From assembly GCA_038087875.1 (NCBI GenBank), contig CM075988.1, positions 21,764,001 to 21,828,000 on the forward strand: 64,000 nucleotides of DNA, given 5' to 3'. Under the pieces are notes generated by a model. The model ran no database searches and was not told the DNA's origin. It saw only the letters and a program-made list of their open reading frames with translations. The stretch is from Malacoraja senta. Taxonomy: Eukaryota. The position numbers were made by a program, and so were the translations under genes. Shown piece after piece: positions 50,918 to 64,000 of this stretch (the stretch's first letter is position 1; each line of letters opens with the position of its first letter).

Positions 50918-52924
50918 CAGTTGCTATAGAACTTAGTTGCCATGATTTGGACTGGTTACGGTTAATGACCAAAGGCCTAATTTTGGGCTCCTTTGGACCT
51001 TCTGGTTTGGATTCACATCACAGTAGCATGACTATTCTCTTGTCCAAAACTAGATGTTGATAAATTACCCTCCTGCAGCACTGAAGAGAATACTCATTTA
51101 TATGTCATCTGGCTTGGGGGCTGTGTATATTGTTGTAGTTTTTAGTTTCTATATTTTCACTGAACTCTGCACAAGGTCATTCAAAACCCAGCGCAAAGCC
51201 CCCTGCAGCAATCCTCGACAGTATCTGTGCTGGAGTTTACAAACACCAAACTTTAATGAGGCTCTCCATCAGTTTAAATAGCACGAGGAGCAAAAATATC
51301 AGAGTGTTCAAAGGCTCTCGGTACAAATTACTTGCAGAAGAATATATTTCATCAAACTCTGGGAATAAATATTTTTCTCAATTGGCCAGTTGGGCTGATC
51401 TGCTTCTTCCAACGCTGTTTGGCTGTGAAAGTTGTCACTTGAAACATAAGGTATATAGGTCTTCATTGGTCGGGGCATTGAGTATAATGGTCAGAAAGTC
51501 AAGATGCAGCTTAAAATCCCTACTATGACAACTGTATGAGCCTCCAATCTCCTGGCATGTTCCTATTTAGAGATACAGCGTGGAAACAGGCCCTTCGGCC
51601 CATCAAGACCGCACCAACCAGTGATCCCTGCACTTAACACTATCCCACACACACTAGGGACATTTTTTACATGTATACCAAGCCAATTAACCTACAAACC
51701 TGTATGGTCTTTGGGGTCTGGGAGGAAAGCGAAGATCTCGGAGAAAACCCCACGCAGGTCACGAGGAGAACGTGCAAACTCCGTACAGACAGCACCCGTA
51801 GTCAGGATCGAACTCCGGGTCCTTAGTACTGTAAGGCAGCAACTCTACCGCTGCGCTACCGTGCCACCCAAGTTCTTCTAATATGTTCTTCTAGTTCCTG
51901 TTGACTATTTGGGGCCCTTTAGTAAACTTTCAAGAAGGACATCACCCCCTTTTTATTTCTCAGCTCCACCCATGTAGCCTTTGATGTCCTTTTAGATATT
52001 GTCCATGAACATCACACTTGCTTTGTTATACACTGGCACAGCTGTGAAAAAGTGGAACGCACTAATCGTGAATGTCAGCTAGGGATGGGCACAGAGTCAT
52101 CTTGAGAAACCTGACAACAATCTTCAATGAATTTCACAATGGAAGCGAGAATCATAGTCAATCAGCATAGAAACGTGCCCTAAAACCCATCTCGCCCACG
52201 CCGACCAACGTGTCCCATCTAAGCTAGTCCCATTTAGGCGGCACAATGGCACAGCGGTAGAGATCCAGGTTCGATCCTGACCACGGGTGCTGTCTGCACC
52301 GAGTTTGCACGTTCTCCCTGTGACTGCGTGGGTTGTCTTCGGGTGCTCGGGTTTCCTCTCGCACTCCAAAGACGTGCAGGTTTGTAGGTTAATTGGCTCT
52401 TGCAAACTGCCCCCAGTGTGTAGGATAGAACTCGTGCACAAGAGACAGTTGGTCAGTGCGGACTCGGTGGGCTGAAGGGCCTGTTTCTACGCTGCATCTC
52501 TAAACAAAACTAAACTAAATATACTGAAGAAGGGTTTCGACCCGAAACATTGCCTATGTCCTTCGCTCCATAGATGCTGCCTCACCCGCTGAGTTTCTCC
52601 AGCATTTTTGTCTACCTTAAATATACCCACATTTGGCCATATTCCTCAGTTGATCTTTGATTCTCAAACACCCACACATGGCCACTCTAATGTCTGAACA
52701 AAAGTTATAAACATTTATACAGCAGGTTTTTCTGTTTAATCTATCAGTGCTTTGTGCTATGATGTTGCATTAAAGATATGGCATGCTTTTGCTTTATAAA
52801 TCTGCACATTACAGCCAAAGAATTTGCGGGCAGTGTACTTGATCGTCACCTGTCCTTTATCACCTACACGTGGAGTCAGAACAGCAGAGTCTGGGTACTT
52901 TTTATTGTTAGAAGGAAATGTCAT

Positions 52925-53215
52925 GAGAAAAAGAGAGAGAGAGGAGGGGAAGAGAGAGGGAGAGAAAGGTAGGGGAGGGGGAGAGCGAGAGAGAGGGAGG
53001 AAAAGAAAGGTAAAGAGGGAGAGGGGGAGAGAGAAAGGTGGACAGAGAGAAATGGAGAGATCGAGATTGAGAGGAAAGGGACAGAGGAGAGAGAGAAAGG
53101 GAGGAAGAGAAAAGTAGAGGGGAGGGAGAGGGGGAGAGAGAGAATGGTGGATAGAAGGAGCGAGAAAAAGAAAGAGAGAGATGCACCCAGAGAGACAGAT
53201 GGAGAGACAGAGCAG
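52925..53215 (+). repeat. GA-rich low-complexity tract
   Basis: Directly visible. Confidence 0.9.
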
Positions 53216-54002
53216 TGTGCCAGAAATAGACGGACACACCCAGACAGAATAAACTGTTTTGCAAGGTAAAACAGCGTGGCAATTTGAGAGTTAATGGACG
53301 CCAGTAAATGTGCCTTAAAGGCTTAGTTGATGTATGATTCTTGTGAATTAATGGCTGTGGTGACAGGAAGCAGAATGTTCCTACTAATTTAACAGTCTGG
53401 CGTGACCCCATTTACTTCTCAGAACATCTTTGGAATTCATCAGCTGTGCAGATCCAGTGAGGATTCTCCACTTGCCCAGCCCGCTCCATAGTCAGATACT
53501 TTATTGTAAGTGGAAGACATTGCCTGCACACTATTCATTCTGCCTTCTGCCTTTAAAACTAGTTTAGAGTCATCAGTGCCATCGCATTCCAATTCAGCTG
53601 AGGCAAGATCATATTTCAAAGTTATTACGAATAATGTATGGATTACCTCATCCAACATTCAGATTCACTGCTCAACACCCTCTGTGTCATCCAAACACCT
53701 TTTTTTTTTTTAATTAATTTTAATTTGCGGGTATTGCTGAGAAAAGCAGTATTTATTACCCATCCCCAACCATTCTTGAGAAGATGGTACTCAGCCACAT
53801 ACTTGAGTTGCTGCAGTCCTTCAAGTGAAGGTCTTCTCAGTATAGTTGGGGAGACCCTTCTTGGCATTAGACCCAGCTGAGGAATGGATGCTGTTGGCTC
53901 CACAGAGGATACCAGCCACCCTCTTCCATCCAATTCCGTGGGTTCATCAAGGCAGCATCGAGGATCCAATTTCAAGACTGAAATACAAAAGGATAACTTT
54001 AT

Positions 54003-54552
54003 GTTAGACTTTAGAGATACAGCGAGGAATCGGGCACTTCGGCCCACCGAGTCCGCGCCGACCAGCGTTCACCCCATATACTGGCACTGTCCTACACACT
54101 TGGGCAATGTACGATTTTACCAAAGACAATTTAACTACAAACCCGCACCTCTTTGGAGTGTGGGAGGAAACCGGAGCACCTGGAGAAAACCCACGCGGTC
54201 ACGGGGAGAACGTGCAAACTCCGTACAGACTCCACCCTTAGTGGGTTTCCTCCGGCTTCCTCCCACATTCCAAAGACGAACAGGTTTGTCGGTTATGTGT
54301 AGGAAAGAACTGCAGGTGCTGCTTTAAGTCGAAGGTAGACACCAAATGCTGGAGTAACTCAGCGGGACAGGCAGCATCTCTGGAGAGAAGGAATGGGTGA
54401 CGTTTCGGGTCCTTCTTCAGGCTTAGGTTAATTGGCTTCTGTAAATTGCCCCTAGTGTGTAGGATACAACTAGTGGGTGGGTGATTGTTGGTCGGCATGG
54501 ACTCAGTGGGCCGAAGGGCCTGTTTCCACGCTGTATCCCGAGAAACTAAAAA
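54003..54552. mobile_element. Head-to-head truncated SINE pair with a nested PLE fragment
   Basis: Minus SINE ~54003-54236, plus SINE ~54240-54552, PLE repeat at 54296-54420. Confidence 0.75.
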
Positions 54553-56214
54553 CTAGTGGGGTACCACAGCAGACAGTGCTTGGGCCTTGATTGAAACCAT
54601 TACATATATTCTGAAGAGTGATATTGCAACAAGCAGGTGACATGAACTGTATAATAGTTGTTGCAGACAGCAAATGCACAATCCCACTGAGAACTGATAA
54701 AGGAGTTCTGTGTGAACGCCCTTTGATCCCGACTAATTTCTTGTTTATTTCCTGTTTCCTTCATATTCCTCAAGACATTGCCTGGTTGGAGCTTTGTAAA
54801 CCTTACCAACGCTGCCTTTTTCTTTTTGATTAAACTCAGCATATCTCTCCCTGCACCTTGCAACCTCTCCGCAACGCGATGGTCCTGAACTCTAATTAAC
54901 TGGCCTTTAACAGAGTCCCAAATCTCAGATGTGGGTTTAATCCCAGGCGGCTGCCCTCAAATCTACTTTGTGCAGTGGGAACAAGGATCTACAGAAGCTG
55001 GCTAATACACAAAAAGATACAAAGTGCTGCAGTAACTCCACAGGTCAGGCTGCATCTCTAGAGAACATGGATCGTTGACGTCATTTATCCGTGTTCTCCA
55101 GAGATGCTGAGTTACTCCAGCACTCTTTCCTTTTCTATTTTCTCCTCCACCTGTATAATACTGTATTAGCCTTCCCTCAGCTCACCAAGCACCAATCTTA
55201 CACCCATTCACAACTATTCATACTGTGTTGTGCTTATTGCTTCTAAAATGCTCCCCCATTGAAACCACAATCACTTGGCCAGATCTATTCCCTAAGAGTA
55301 GGTATGGTCCAACCTTACCCTAGTTGGACTATCTGCACTTTGTATCTAGAACCCATCTGGATGCAACTAACGGACCTCTCATGACCTAAGGATGCATCCC
55401 CAATCTCCCAATCTACCTCGTTGCACTTTTTTAAATCTGCATTTTCTCTGTTGAAATAACACTATATTCTGTCCTGCGTTTCCTGTCTCTTTCTGCACGA
55501 CCTGTTGCACTCGTATATGGTTTCATTGTTTCGTTGTTCTCTCTACCCAGCTGGAGAGCCTGAGACTATCTTTAATCTGACTTCACTGGACTTTATCTTG
55601 CACCAAACGTTATTCCCTTCAGCGTGTATCTGTACACTGTGGACGGCTCGATTGTAATCATGGAAAGTCGTTCAGATGACTGATTAGCACGCGACAAAAA
55701 GCTTTATACTGTACCTCGTGACAATGAACTAAACTTAACATTGTAAGCATGTACAGTATGGTTTTCGTGGATAGCACGCAAAGTTTTTCACTGCATCGCA
55801 GCGAACATGAAAATAATTAGTCAATGCCAATGTCTGAAGAAAGATCCTGACCCAAAACGTTACCTATCCACATTCCCCAGTGATGCTGCCCGACCTGCTG
55901 AGGTACTCCAGCACTTTGTGTCCTTTTGTATAGTCAGCATCTGCAGTTCCTTGTTCCTAAATTCTGTCCCATCTAAGCTCCTGGAACTAAGGGAGTCCCA
56001 GTCAATATCGAGAAAGTTAGGTTTAGGTTTAAGTTTAAGTTTAATATTGTCACGTGTACCAAGGTACAGTGAAAAGTTTGGCATTGCCTTAAATACAATT
56101 AAGCCAAACTCGGGTACAATAGGTAGAATGAAGGGAAAAATGCAGAGTGCTGAATATAGTTTAAAATCAGCCAGCTACAGTTTCCACATCTACCCATGAT
56201 CTGCCTACATGTCT

Positions 56215-56712
56215 GCTCGCCATGTTTTAGGAAAGATGTCGTCAAGCTGGAAAGCGTTCAGATAAGATTTACGAGGATATTGCCAGGACTCAAGGGTCTA
56301 AGTTATAGGGAGAGGTTGAGCAGGCTAGGACTTTGTTCCTTGGAGCGCAGAAGGATGAGTGGTGATCTTATAGAGATCTAAAGGGTAACGAGGGGAACAG
56401 ATCGGGTAAATGCAAAGAGTCTTTTACCCAGAAAAGGGGAATCAAAAACCAGAGGACATAGGTTTAAGGCGAGGGGGGGAAGATTTAATAGGAACCTGAG
56501 GGGCAACTTTTTTACACAAATGGTGGTAGGTATATGGATGGGGCTGCCAGGGGAGTTATTTGAGGCAGGTACTTTCACAATGTTTAAAAAGCATTTGGAA
56601 GGTACATGGATAGGACAGGTTTGGAGGGATATGGACCAAGCACAGGCAAGTGGGACTAGTGTAGCTGGGACATTGTTGGCCGAAGGGCCAGTTTCCACAC
56701 TGTATAACTCTA
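56215..56712 (+). mobile_element. CR1 LINE 3' fragment
   Basis: SPCFRKDVVKLESVQIRFTRILPGLKGLSYRERLSRLGL... Confidence 0.9.
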
Positions 56713-57667
56713 TATCTCCTCTTTTAGTTTAGTTTGGAGATGCAGCACGGAAACAGGCCCTTCGGCCCACCGAGTCTGCGCCGACCAACGATCCCCGCAC
56801 ACTAACACTATCCTACACGCACTAGGGACAATTTACATTCATACCAAGCCGATTAACCTGCAAAACCTGTACGTCTTTGGAGTGTGGGAGGGAACCGAAG
56901 ATCTCGGAGAAAACCCATGCAGTCACCGGGAGAACGTTCAAACTCCGTACAGACAGCACCTGCAGTCAGGATCGAACCTGGGTCTCTGGCGCTGTAAGGC
57001 GGTGACTCTACCACCATGCCGCCCCCTCGGTGCGCTCTCCCTCTCGTGAATGCAACTCCTCCACCTTCCCTGTCCCTCCCTGCCCAGTACACTGGCAGGT
57101 TGAGCCGCCAGCCCGACAGAAGGTGGAACCCACACACAACGATTCACTAATAATGATCTAATATAGAGCTTCAACTCCATCTGAGCGAGGCTTGGAATTG
57201 CAAAAAGAAAAATAGAGATATAGTGACTGTAAATCTGTCCCAATTTGTTACAGATGGTACATACAAAACGTACATTGTGTTCACATTTAACTCCTTTGTC
57301 AGATGTCAGTGGGATTGTACTTTTTATTGTCTGCTGCCGAAATTATTGTCCACTTTATATCACCTGCTTATTCCAGTGTCACTCTTCTGGGATGAAACAG
57401 CTTATTTTATTTATTACAGGTGTAAAACCCTGATGCGTTTGGCATTTGTAATGTATAAAAGAGCTGCATCATTTATAAAGGTGTCCACATTTTTGCTGGA
57501 GATACGCTCTATCTAAACAGGACTGTAGATTGTGATGAATTACCGATGGCTCCCTCCCTGGGAACACAATTAGTTTTTCCTTTCCGAGGAGTAACCTCTG
57601 CCCCCCCCCCCCCAGCAGAAGCGCAGCCCCCTGTTTTACACAACAGATACCATCAGAACTACCATTA

Positions 57668-57968
57668 GGGCGGCACGGTGACGCAGTGGTAGAGTTGCTG
57701 CCTTACAGCGCCGGAGACCCGGGTTCGATCCCGACTACGGGTGCAGTCTGTACGGAGTGTGCACGTTCTCCCCGTGACCTGCGTGGGTTTTCCCCGAGAT
57801 CTTCGGTTTCCTCCCACACTCCAAAGACGTAGAGGTTTGTAGGTTAATGGGCTTGGTATAGGTGTAAATTGTCCCTTGTGTGTGTAGGGTAGTGTTAGTT
57901 GCGGGGATCGCTGGTCGGCGCGGACCCGGTGGGCCAAAGGGCCTGTTTCCATGCTGTATCTCTAAACT
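57668..57968 (+). mobile_element. Full-length tRNA-derived SINE
   Basis: GGGCGGCACGGTGACGCAGTGG...GGTTCGATCCCG...GCTGTATCTCTAAACTA. Confidence 0.92.
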
Positions 57969-60386
57969 ACACTACAGCAGGCCCGTGTCTCTCTGTGATT
58001 CTCTGCTGCAGGAATAATCTCCCATTCCCACCAGTTGAGTTTAGTTTATTGTCACGTGTACCGAGGTAGAGTGAAAAGCTTTTGTTGCGTGCTAACCAGT
58101 TAAAGGAAAGATAATACCTGATTCCAATCGAGTGGTCCACGGTGTACAGAGACATGTATACACACAGATAAAGGGAATAACGTGAGTAATGTTTTGTGCA
58201 AGATAAAGTCCGTTCAAAGGAAGTCCGAGGGTGTCCAATGAGGTAGATAGTAGCTCAAGACTGTTCTCTAGTTGTTGGTAGGATGGTTCAGTTGCCTAAC
58301 AACAGCTTGGAAGAAACTGTTCATTCTCCCTATGACCGTGTGGGTTTTCTCCAGGTGCTCCGGTTTCCTCCTACACTCCAAAGAAGCACAGGTTTTTAGG
58401 CTATTTAGGCTTAGGTAAAAAACTGCAAATTATTCCCAGCGTGTAAGACAGTGCTGGTGTACGAGGTGATCGCTGGTCTGCACGGACTTGGTGGGCCGAA
58501 GGGCCAGTTTCCGCAGTGTATCTCTAAAGTCTTAACTTTAGGGAACTCTCTGTATTACTAACTAGGAAAGAGGCCATGTGTAATGTGAGGGTTAACACGA
58601 CTTTTCAGCTAAAATGGAGGTGTCTGCTAACACTCCCTCTGTCAGGCCAACAAGTTCACTGGGGAAAAAACAGTCAGCCACAAGCTTTTGGATAGTGCAG
58701 CTGCAAGTAAATATCATTACCAGGTGAACTCATTCTAACCAGAGACAATCGAAACTAGCTCGTCAAGTTAAGTCAACTACAGACTTCAAGTTTCCTTGTA
58801 GTTTAGTTTAGTTTAGAGATACAGTGCGGAAACGGGCCCTTCAGCCCACCGAGTCCGCGCCGACCAGCGATCCCCACACATTAACACACTAGGGACAATT
58901 TTTACACTTACCAAGCCAATTTACCTACATACCTGTACGTCTTTGGATTGTGGGAGGAAACCGAAGATGTCGGAGAAAACCCACGCTCTGTGGATTACTA
59001 ATGGCACGCTTATTAATTTATCGAACTTTACTGAATATATTATTTATCTGAGTGTTATTGCATTTACAGTGCCTATTAAGTTGCTGCAAGTAAGAACATC
59101 ATTGTTCCATTGTCAGTTCATATGACAATTTCACACCCTTGAGAGTCTTCTCTTGACTCTTATCAAGTTGAGTTTATTGTCAGCATTGAGTCGAGTTGCA
59201 GCAGCAGCATCACACGCACATAGACTCAGATAATCCACAGAACCATAAATGGTACATACAGGATATTACATTCGGCTCCTGATGGAGTGATTAACCCTTG
59301 CTTTTAAAATGAAGGAGGACAGCTACTTTTTAAATATTGAATAAAGGAACCGCAGATGCTGGGTTTACAGATAGAAATGGACACAAATGTGCTGGAGTAA
59401 CTCAGCAGGTCAGTCAGCAACCTTGGAGAGCATGGATAGGTGACATTTGGGGTCGGGACCCTTCTTCAGACTGATCGTAGGAGGGGGAGGGTGGAAGAAA
59501 GCTACGAGGGGCAGGACAAAGCGTGAACGTTTTAAAACTGTTGTTTATAGCTTCGGAAGGGAGCTCAGGGTTATCATGTGTAGGAAGGAACTGCAGATGC
59601 TGGTTTAAACCGAAGATAGACACAAAATGCTGGAGTAACCCGAAACGTCAGCCATTCCTTCTCTCCAGAGATGCTGCCTGTCCCTCTGAGTTACTCCAGC
59701 ATTTTGTGTCCATCTACAGGGTGATCATGTATCCATCTGTACACTGTGGGTGACACGGTTGTAATCATGTATTGTCTTTCCACTGACTGCTTGGCACACA
59801 ACAAGAGCTTTTCACTGTACCTCGTTACACGTGGCAATAAGCTAAACTAAACTAAACTGAACTGATTGATGTGAACTAACTCATAGGACTTCCCCATGGC
59901 CCAGACTCACGGACTGTTCCAGCAGTACTGAGTATCACCAGCTGCAGCTTGTATCAGTGGAGTCCCTGATGGGCAGAGAAGCACGAGGCTAATTGATGAT
60001 TTAGTTGATACTTTAACAGACATAACCTGGGTAACTTTAACTCATTAAAGTGTTCTTTCTTCACCATTCTCTGCCTCAGAGGGCGGTGGAGGAAGGTTCT
60101 CTGGATGCTTTCAAGAGAGAGCTAGATAGGGCTCTTAAAAATAGCGGAGTCAGGGGATATGGGGAGAAGGCAGGAACGGGGTACTGATTGGGGATGATCA
60201 GCCATGATCACATTGAATGGCGGTGCTGGCTCGAAGGGCCGAATGGCCTACTCCTGCACCTATTGTCTGTTGTCTATTGTCATTGATAACAAACGCTCAA
60301 AACCCACTTGTACCTTTTTGATATACAACATCTTTGACAACAAAAAACAGCCATTAGTTTAAAGAGCAAACATCTCTTTGGCACTG

Positions 60387-60908
60387 CAGGTCCACCACCG
60401 GTTTTCCGGCATCCTTGGTTAACCATATAACCATATAACATATAACAATTACAGCACGGAAACAGGCCATCTCGACCCTTCTAGTCCGTGCCGAACACGT
60501 ATTCTCCCCTAGTCCCATATACCTGCGAAGGTTCCAGAGCCTTTCTGGATTATCTGTTTTGCCGGACCAACAGAGGTCACGGCCTCGGAGGGAAGTCCAA
60601 CGATACAGGAACGGTCCACCTATGCCGCCGCGAGACTGAGACTTCGGCCCCTCAAAGTCGGCCGAGGAAGTCGGCTATGAGAACAGTTCAGCCGGCTCCG
60701 TCCGGGCTGGAGTTCCAGAGCTCCGGCTGCAGGGGGCAAATTCGACCCACCGATCGACACGGAAGTCCTGATGAGGTCAAGATTGGCCGCGTCACCCCGG
60801 CCTAGGCACCACTTTTTCGGGGGGACTTCCAGGGGGGTAGATTGCATGTGCACTCTGGTCATTTTCTCCGGATCAAAGGCGGTCTCCGGAAAATTGGTGG
60901 GGAGCCTG
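60387..60908. mobile_element. Probable TIR MITE (possibly Tigger/pogo-like) with a nested CR1 tail (60421-60529)
   Basis: Imperfect TIR CAGGTCCACCACCGGTTTTCCGG / CCGGAAAATTGGTGGGGAGCCTG; flanks TG/CA (possibly decayed TA); nested piece bounded by GGTT. Confidence 0.5.
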
Positions 60909-61724
60909 CATTACTAGATTGTATTGGGGCAGCCCAGTGGTGCGGATGGTAGAGCTGCTGCCTCACAGCACCAGAGGCCCGGGTTTGATCATGACCTCCG
61001 ATGCTGACAGTGCGGAGTTTGCACGTTCCCCCTGTGACCGCGCGGGTTCTCTCCAGGTGCTCCGGTTTCCCCCCACATCCCAAAGGCATGCAGGTTTGAT
61101 TGGCTTCTGTAAGCTGCCCAGTGTAGAACTAGCATTAACGTTGGTCATATACGTGAATGGGGAGAAGGCAGGAGAATGGGGTTGAGAGGGAAAGATAGAT
61201 CAGCCACGATTAAATGGCGGAGTAGACTCGATGGGCCCAACGGCCTAACTCTGCTCCTGTGACTTATGAGCGTATGAATGGGTGATCGATGGTCGGCAAG
61301 CACTCGGTGGGCCAAAGGGCCTGTTTCCATGCTGTATCTTTCAATTCAATATTAATTGGTGGCTATTGTTGAAATGATGCTTTGAAGCTAAAATATGTTT
61401 TCTGTAATCAGCACCAAGGGGTTAAACTATGAGGCATCTTTACAGTTCTGACCACCATGATAATGAAGTATGACCTCTGAATTGCCATGTAAATATTAAG
61501 TCGGTGCTCTAAGTATACCAGGGCTGCAATTAATTAATAACTGTAATTCTTAATTGCTGCTCAGTTTTTATTACATTTTAATTAGTGACCTCTTCTTGTT
61601 AATCTTTTATTCCTACATAGATTCTTCTGTGAATATAGTGAGGTTACACATAGGATGGAACCCCCGATGAATGTTAATGAGGCTTTTCACCGGAATTGTG
61701 GTGGGGAAGAGAGGCACCAACATC

Positions 61725-62072
61725 AGGTACAAAATCATGAGAGGAATAGATTGGGTAGACGCACAGAGTCTCTTGCCCAGAGTAGGGGAATCGAGGACCA
61801 GAGGACATGGGTTCAAGGTGAAGGGGGGAAAGATTTAATAGGAATCTGAGGGGTAACATTTTCCCACAAAGGGTGGTGGGTGTACGGAACAAGCTGCCAG
61901 AGGAGGTAGTTGAGGCTGGGACTATCGCAACGTTTAAGAAACAGTTAGACAGGTACATGGATAGGACAGGTTTGGAGGGATATGGACCAAGCGCAGGCAG
62001 GTGGGACTAGTGTAGCTGGGACGTGTTGGGCCAAAGGGCCTGTTTCCACACTGTGTCACTCTATGACTCTAA
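61725..62072 (+). mobile_element. CR1 LINE 3' fragment
   Basis: Matches 56380-56712. Confidence 0.88.
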
Positions 62073-62188
62073 CATGTTGAAAATGCCTCGTCAAGACTGC
62101 AAAATGGAGGAACTAAAGAAGGCAGCTGCTTAGGAAGGAGGAGATCTCACCGACGAGCAGTTTTCCCGAGTCAACAATCCGCCAGGTT

Positions 62189-62202
62189 GTTGCCATGGTT
62201 AC
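62189..62202. promoter_or_regulatory. RFX X-box
   Basis: GTTGCCATGGTTAC in unique DNA. Confidence 0.5.
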
Positions 62203-62304
62203 TTGTCTCAGAGACGCTGGCTGTGAACCAACATCCTCCTGAGGCTGAGAGCTCAGGGATGCCGAGGCCCCAGTAATGCCCCACGGTTCAGTGGATACAG
62301 TGAA

Positions 62305-63272
62305 GGCAGAGGTAGATTGATCCTTGATTAGTACGGGCTGAAGAGGTCATGGGGAGAAGGCAGGAGAATGGGGTTAGGAGGGAGAGCTAGATCAGCCAGG
62401 TTTGAATGGTGGAGTAGACTTGATGGGCTGAATGGCCTAATTCCACTCCTATCACTTATCAACTTATGAGGAGGGATTTCTTTAGTCAGAGGGTGGTGGA
62501 ATTCTTTGCCGGAAGGCAGTGGAGGCAAAGGCTGTGGGTATATTTAAGGCAGAGATAGATAGATCCTTGATTAGTACAGGTGTCAGAGGTTATGGTGAGA
62601 AGGCTGGAGCATGGGGTTAGGAGGGAGAGGTTGATCAGCCATGATTGAATGGCGCAGTAGACATGATGGGCCAAATGGCCTAATTCTGCTCCCATCATTT
62701 ATGATCTTATGCTGTGAAAGCCCATCAACGCCTCTACTTCCTTAGAAGGTTGAGGAGATTCAGTCGAAGAATACTCTTTTGAACTTCAACAAATTTAGTT
62801 TGTAGTTTAGTTTGGGGATACAGCATGGAAACAGGCCCTTCGGTCCGCCGAGTCCGTGCCGACCAGCAATCCCCGCACACTAACACTTTCCTACACACAC
62901 TCGGGGCAAGACCGGGGCCTGGATAGAGTGGATGTGGAGAGGATGTTTCCACTAGTGGGAGAGTCTAGGACCGGAGGTCATAGCCTCAGAATTAAAGGAT
63001 ATTCCTTTAGGAAGGCGATGAGGAGATATTTCTTTAGAGGGTGGTGAATCTGTGGAATTCATTGCCACGGAAGGCTGTGGAGGCAATGTCAGTGGATATA
63101 TTTAAGGCAGAGATAGATAGCTTCTTGATTAGTACGGGTGTCAGAGGTTATGGGGAGAAGGGAGGAGAATGGGGTTAGGAGGGAGAGATAGATCAGCCAT
63201 GATTAAATGGCAGAGTAAACTTGATTGGCCGAATGGCCTAATTCTGCTCCTATCACTTATCAGCCTATGAAT
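62305..63272 (+). mobile_element. Cluster of CR1 3' fragments with SINE and Rex1 pieces
   Basis: Three CR1 3' UTR copies; GLDRVDVERMFPLVGESRTGGHSL. Confidence 0.85.
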
Positions 63273-64000
63273 TTACAATCTTACTAAGCTAATTAACTTA
63301 CAAACCGTACGTCTTTGGAGTGTGCGGTCGAGAGCATATTGACCAGTTGCATCATGGCCAGGTTCGGCAAAGCTCTTTGACTCTATGACTATGGCTTATG
63401 ATTTCTGAATGACCTATTGTGCCTTCTTCATTACAGACTCCAAAACATTATTAATAATAGGTTAATAGGTTAACTGGCCTGCTTTCTGACCCCCCTCCTT
63501 TCTTGGATAGAGGCAGTTTTGAAATCTCCCACGGACCTCATCCAAGATCCAGGGGAGTTTAATAGATCACAGTATTGCATGCACTTCCCATGCAGCCAGC
63601 TTTCTGAAGATCTTGGCTTGTAGGACATTAGGCCGAGACCTTAACGCCAGCAGTCTGAAGAAGGATCTCGAGCCGATAAAGTCACCCATTTCTTCTCTCC
63701 AGAGATGCTGCCTGTCCCGCTGAGTTACTCCAGCATTTTGTGTCTACCGACAATATTTTACGTTGTCATATCAATCTCTCGGTGTTTGCAAGGCGCAGAA
63801 GTCTCTTTGAATCATTACATTCTGCTTCAAGGTTCAAGGTTCACATTTATTTGCCACATGCACTAACTAAGCTGCAGTGAAATGAATTTGCCAGCAGCGA
63901 TGCAATTGGAAAAAAGAATACACAATAGAATTTAACAGAAATATCCACCACAGCATTCTTCACCGTAATCTCTCTCTGAACACTAAAAAGACAAAGGAGA

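Noticed and set aside
57668..57745. tRNA genes (A/B boxes)
   Set aside because: They are SINE heads continuing into SINE body and tail, with no complete cloverleaf evident.

Overview
Eukaryotic, repeat-dominated intronic or intergenic DNA. The repeat content points to a cartilaginous fish, probably a skate or ray (inference from abundant HE1/V-SINE-type tRNA SINEs sharing 3' tails with CR1 LINEs, plus Penelope-like, Rex1, L2 and L1 fragments). I recognise no host protein-coding gene. All long ORFs are either decayed retrotransposon ORFs (best: a ~2.9 kb 5'-truncated, internally deleted CR1 at 9812-12684, minus strand) or translations of simple repeats. One splice-flanked 156-nt candidate exon (8701-8856, minus) is unverified. 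The most notable structures are: (1) a 3.27 kb non-autonomous hAT element with a perfect 8-bp TSD, one left end, three right ends and captured cargo; (2) a 36-bp tandem repeat whose units each form a perfect four-pentamer heat-shock element; (3) many Penelope terminal repeats carrying a minimal hammerhead-ribozyme core; (4) four short retroposed elements sharing a covarying hairpin but carrying different LINE-type tails; (5) several strong RFX X-boxes in the unique DNA; (6) six Harbinger-type MITEs; (7) two small local duplications, one giving an in-window empty site for a Rex1 insertion. All calls were made by eye without alignment tools, and boundaries of decayed elements are approximate.
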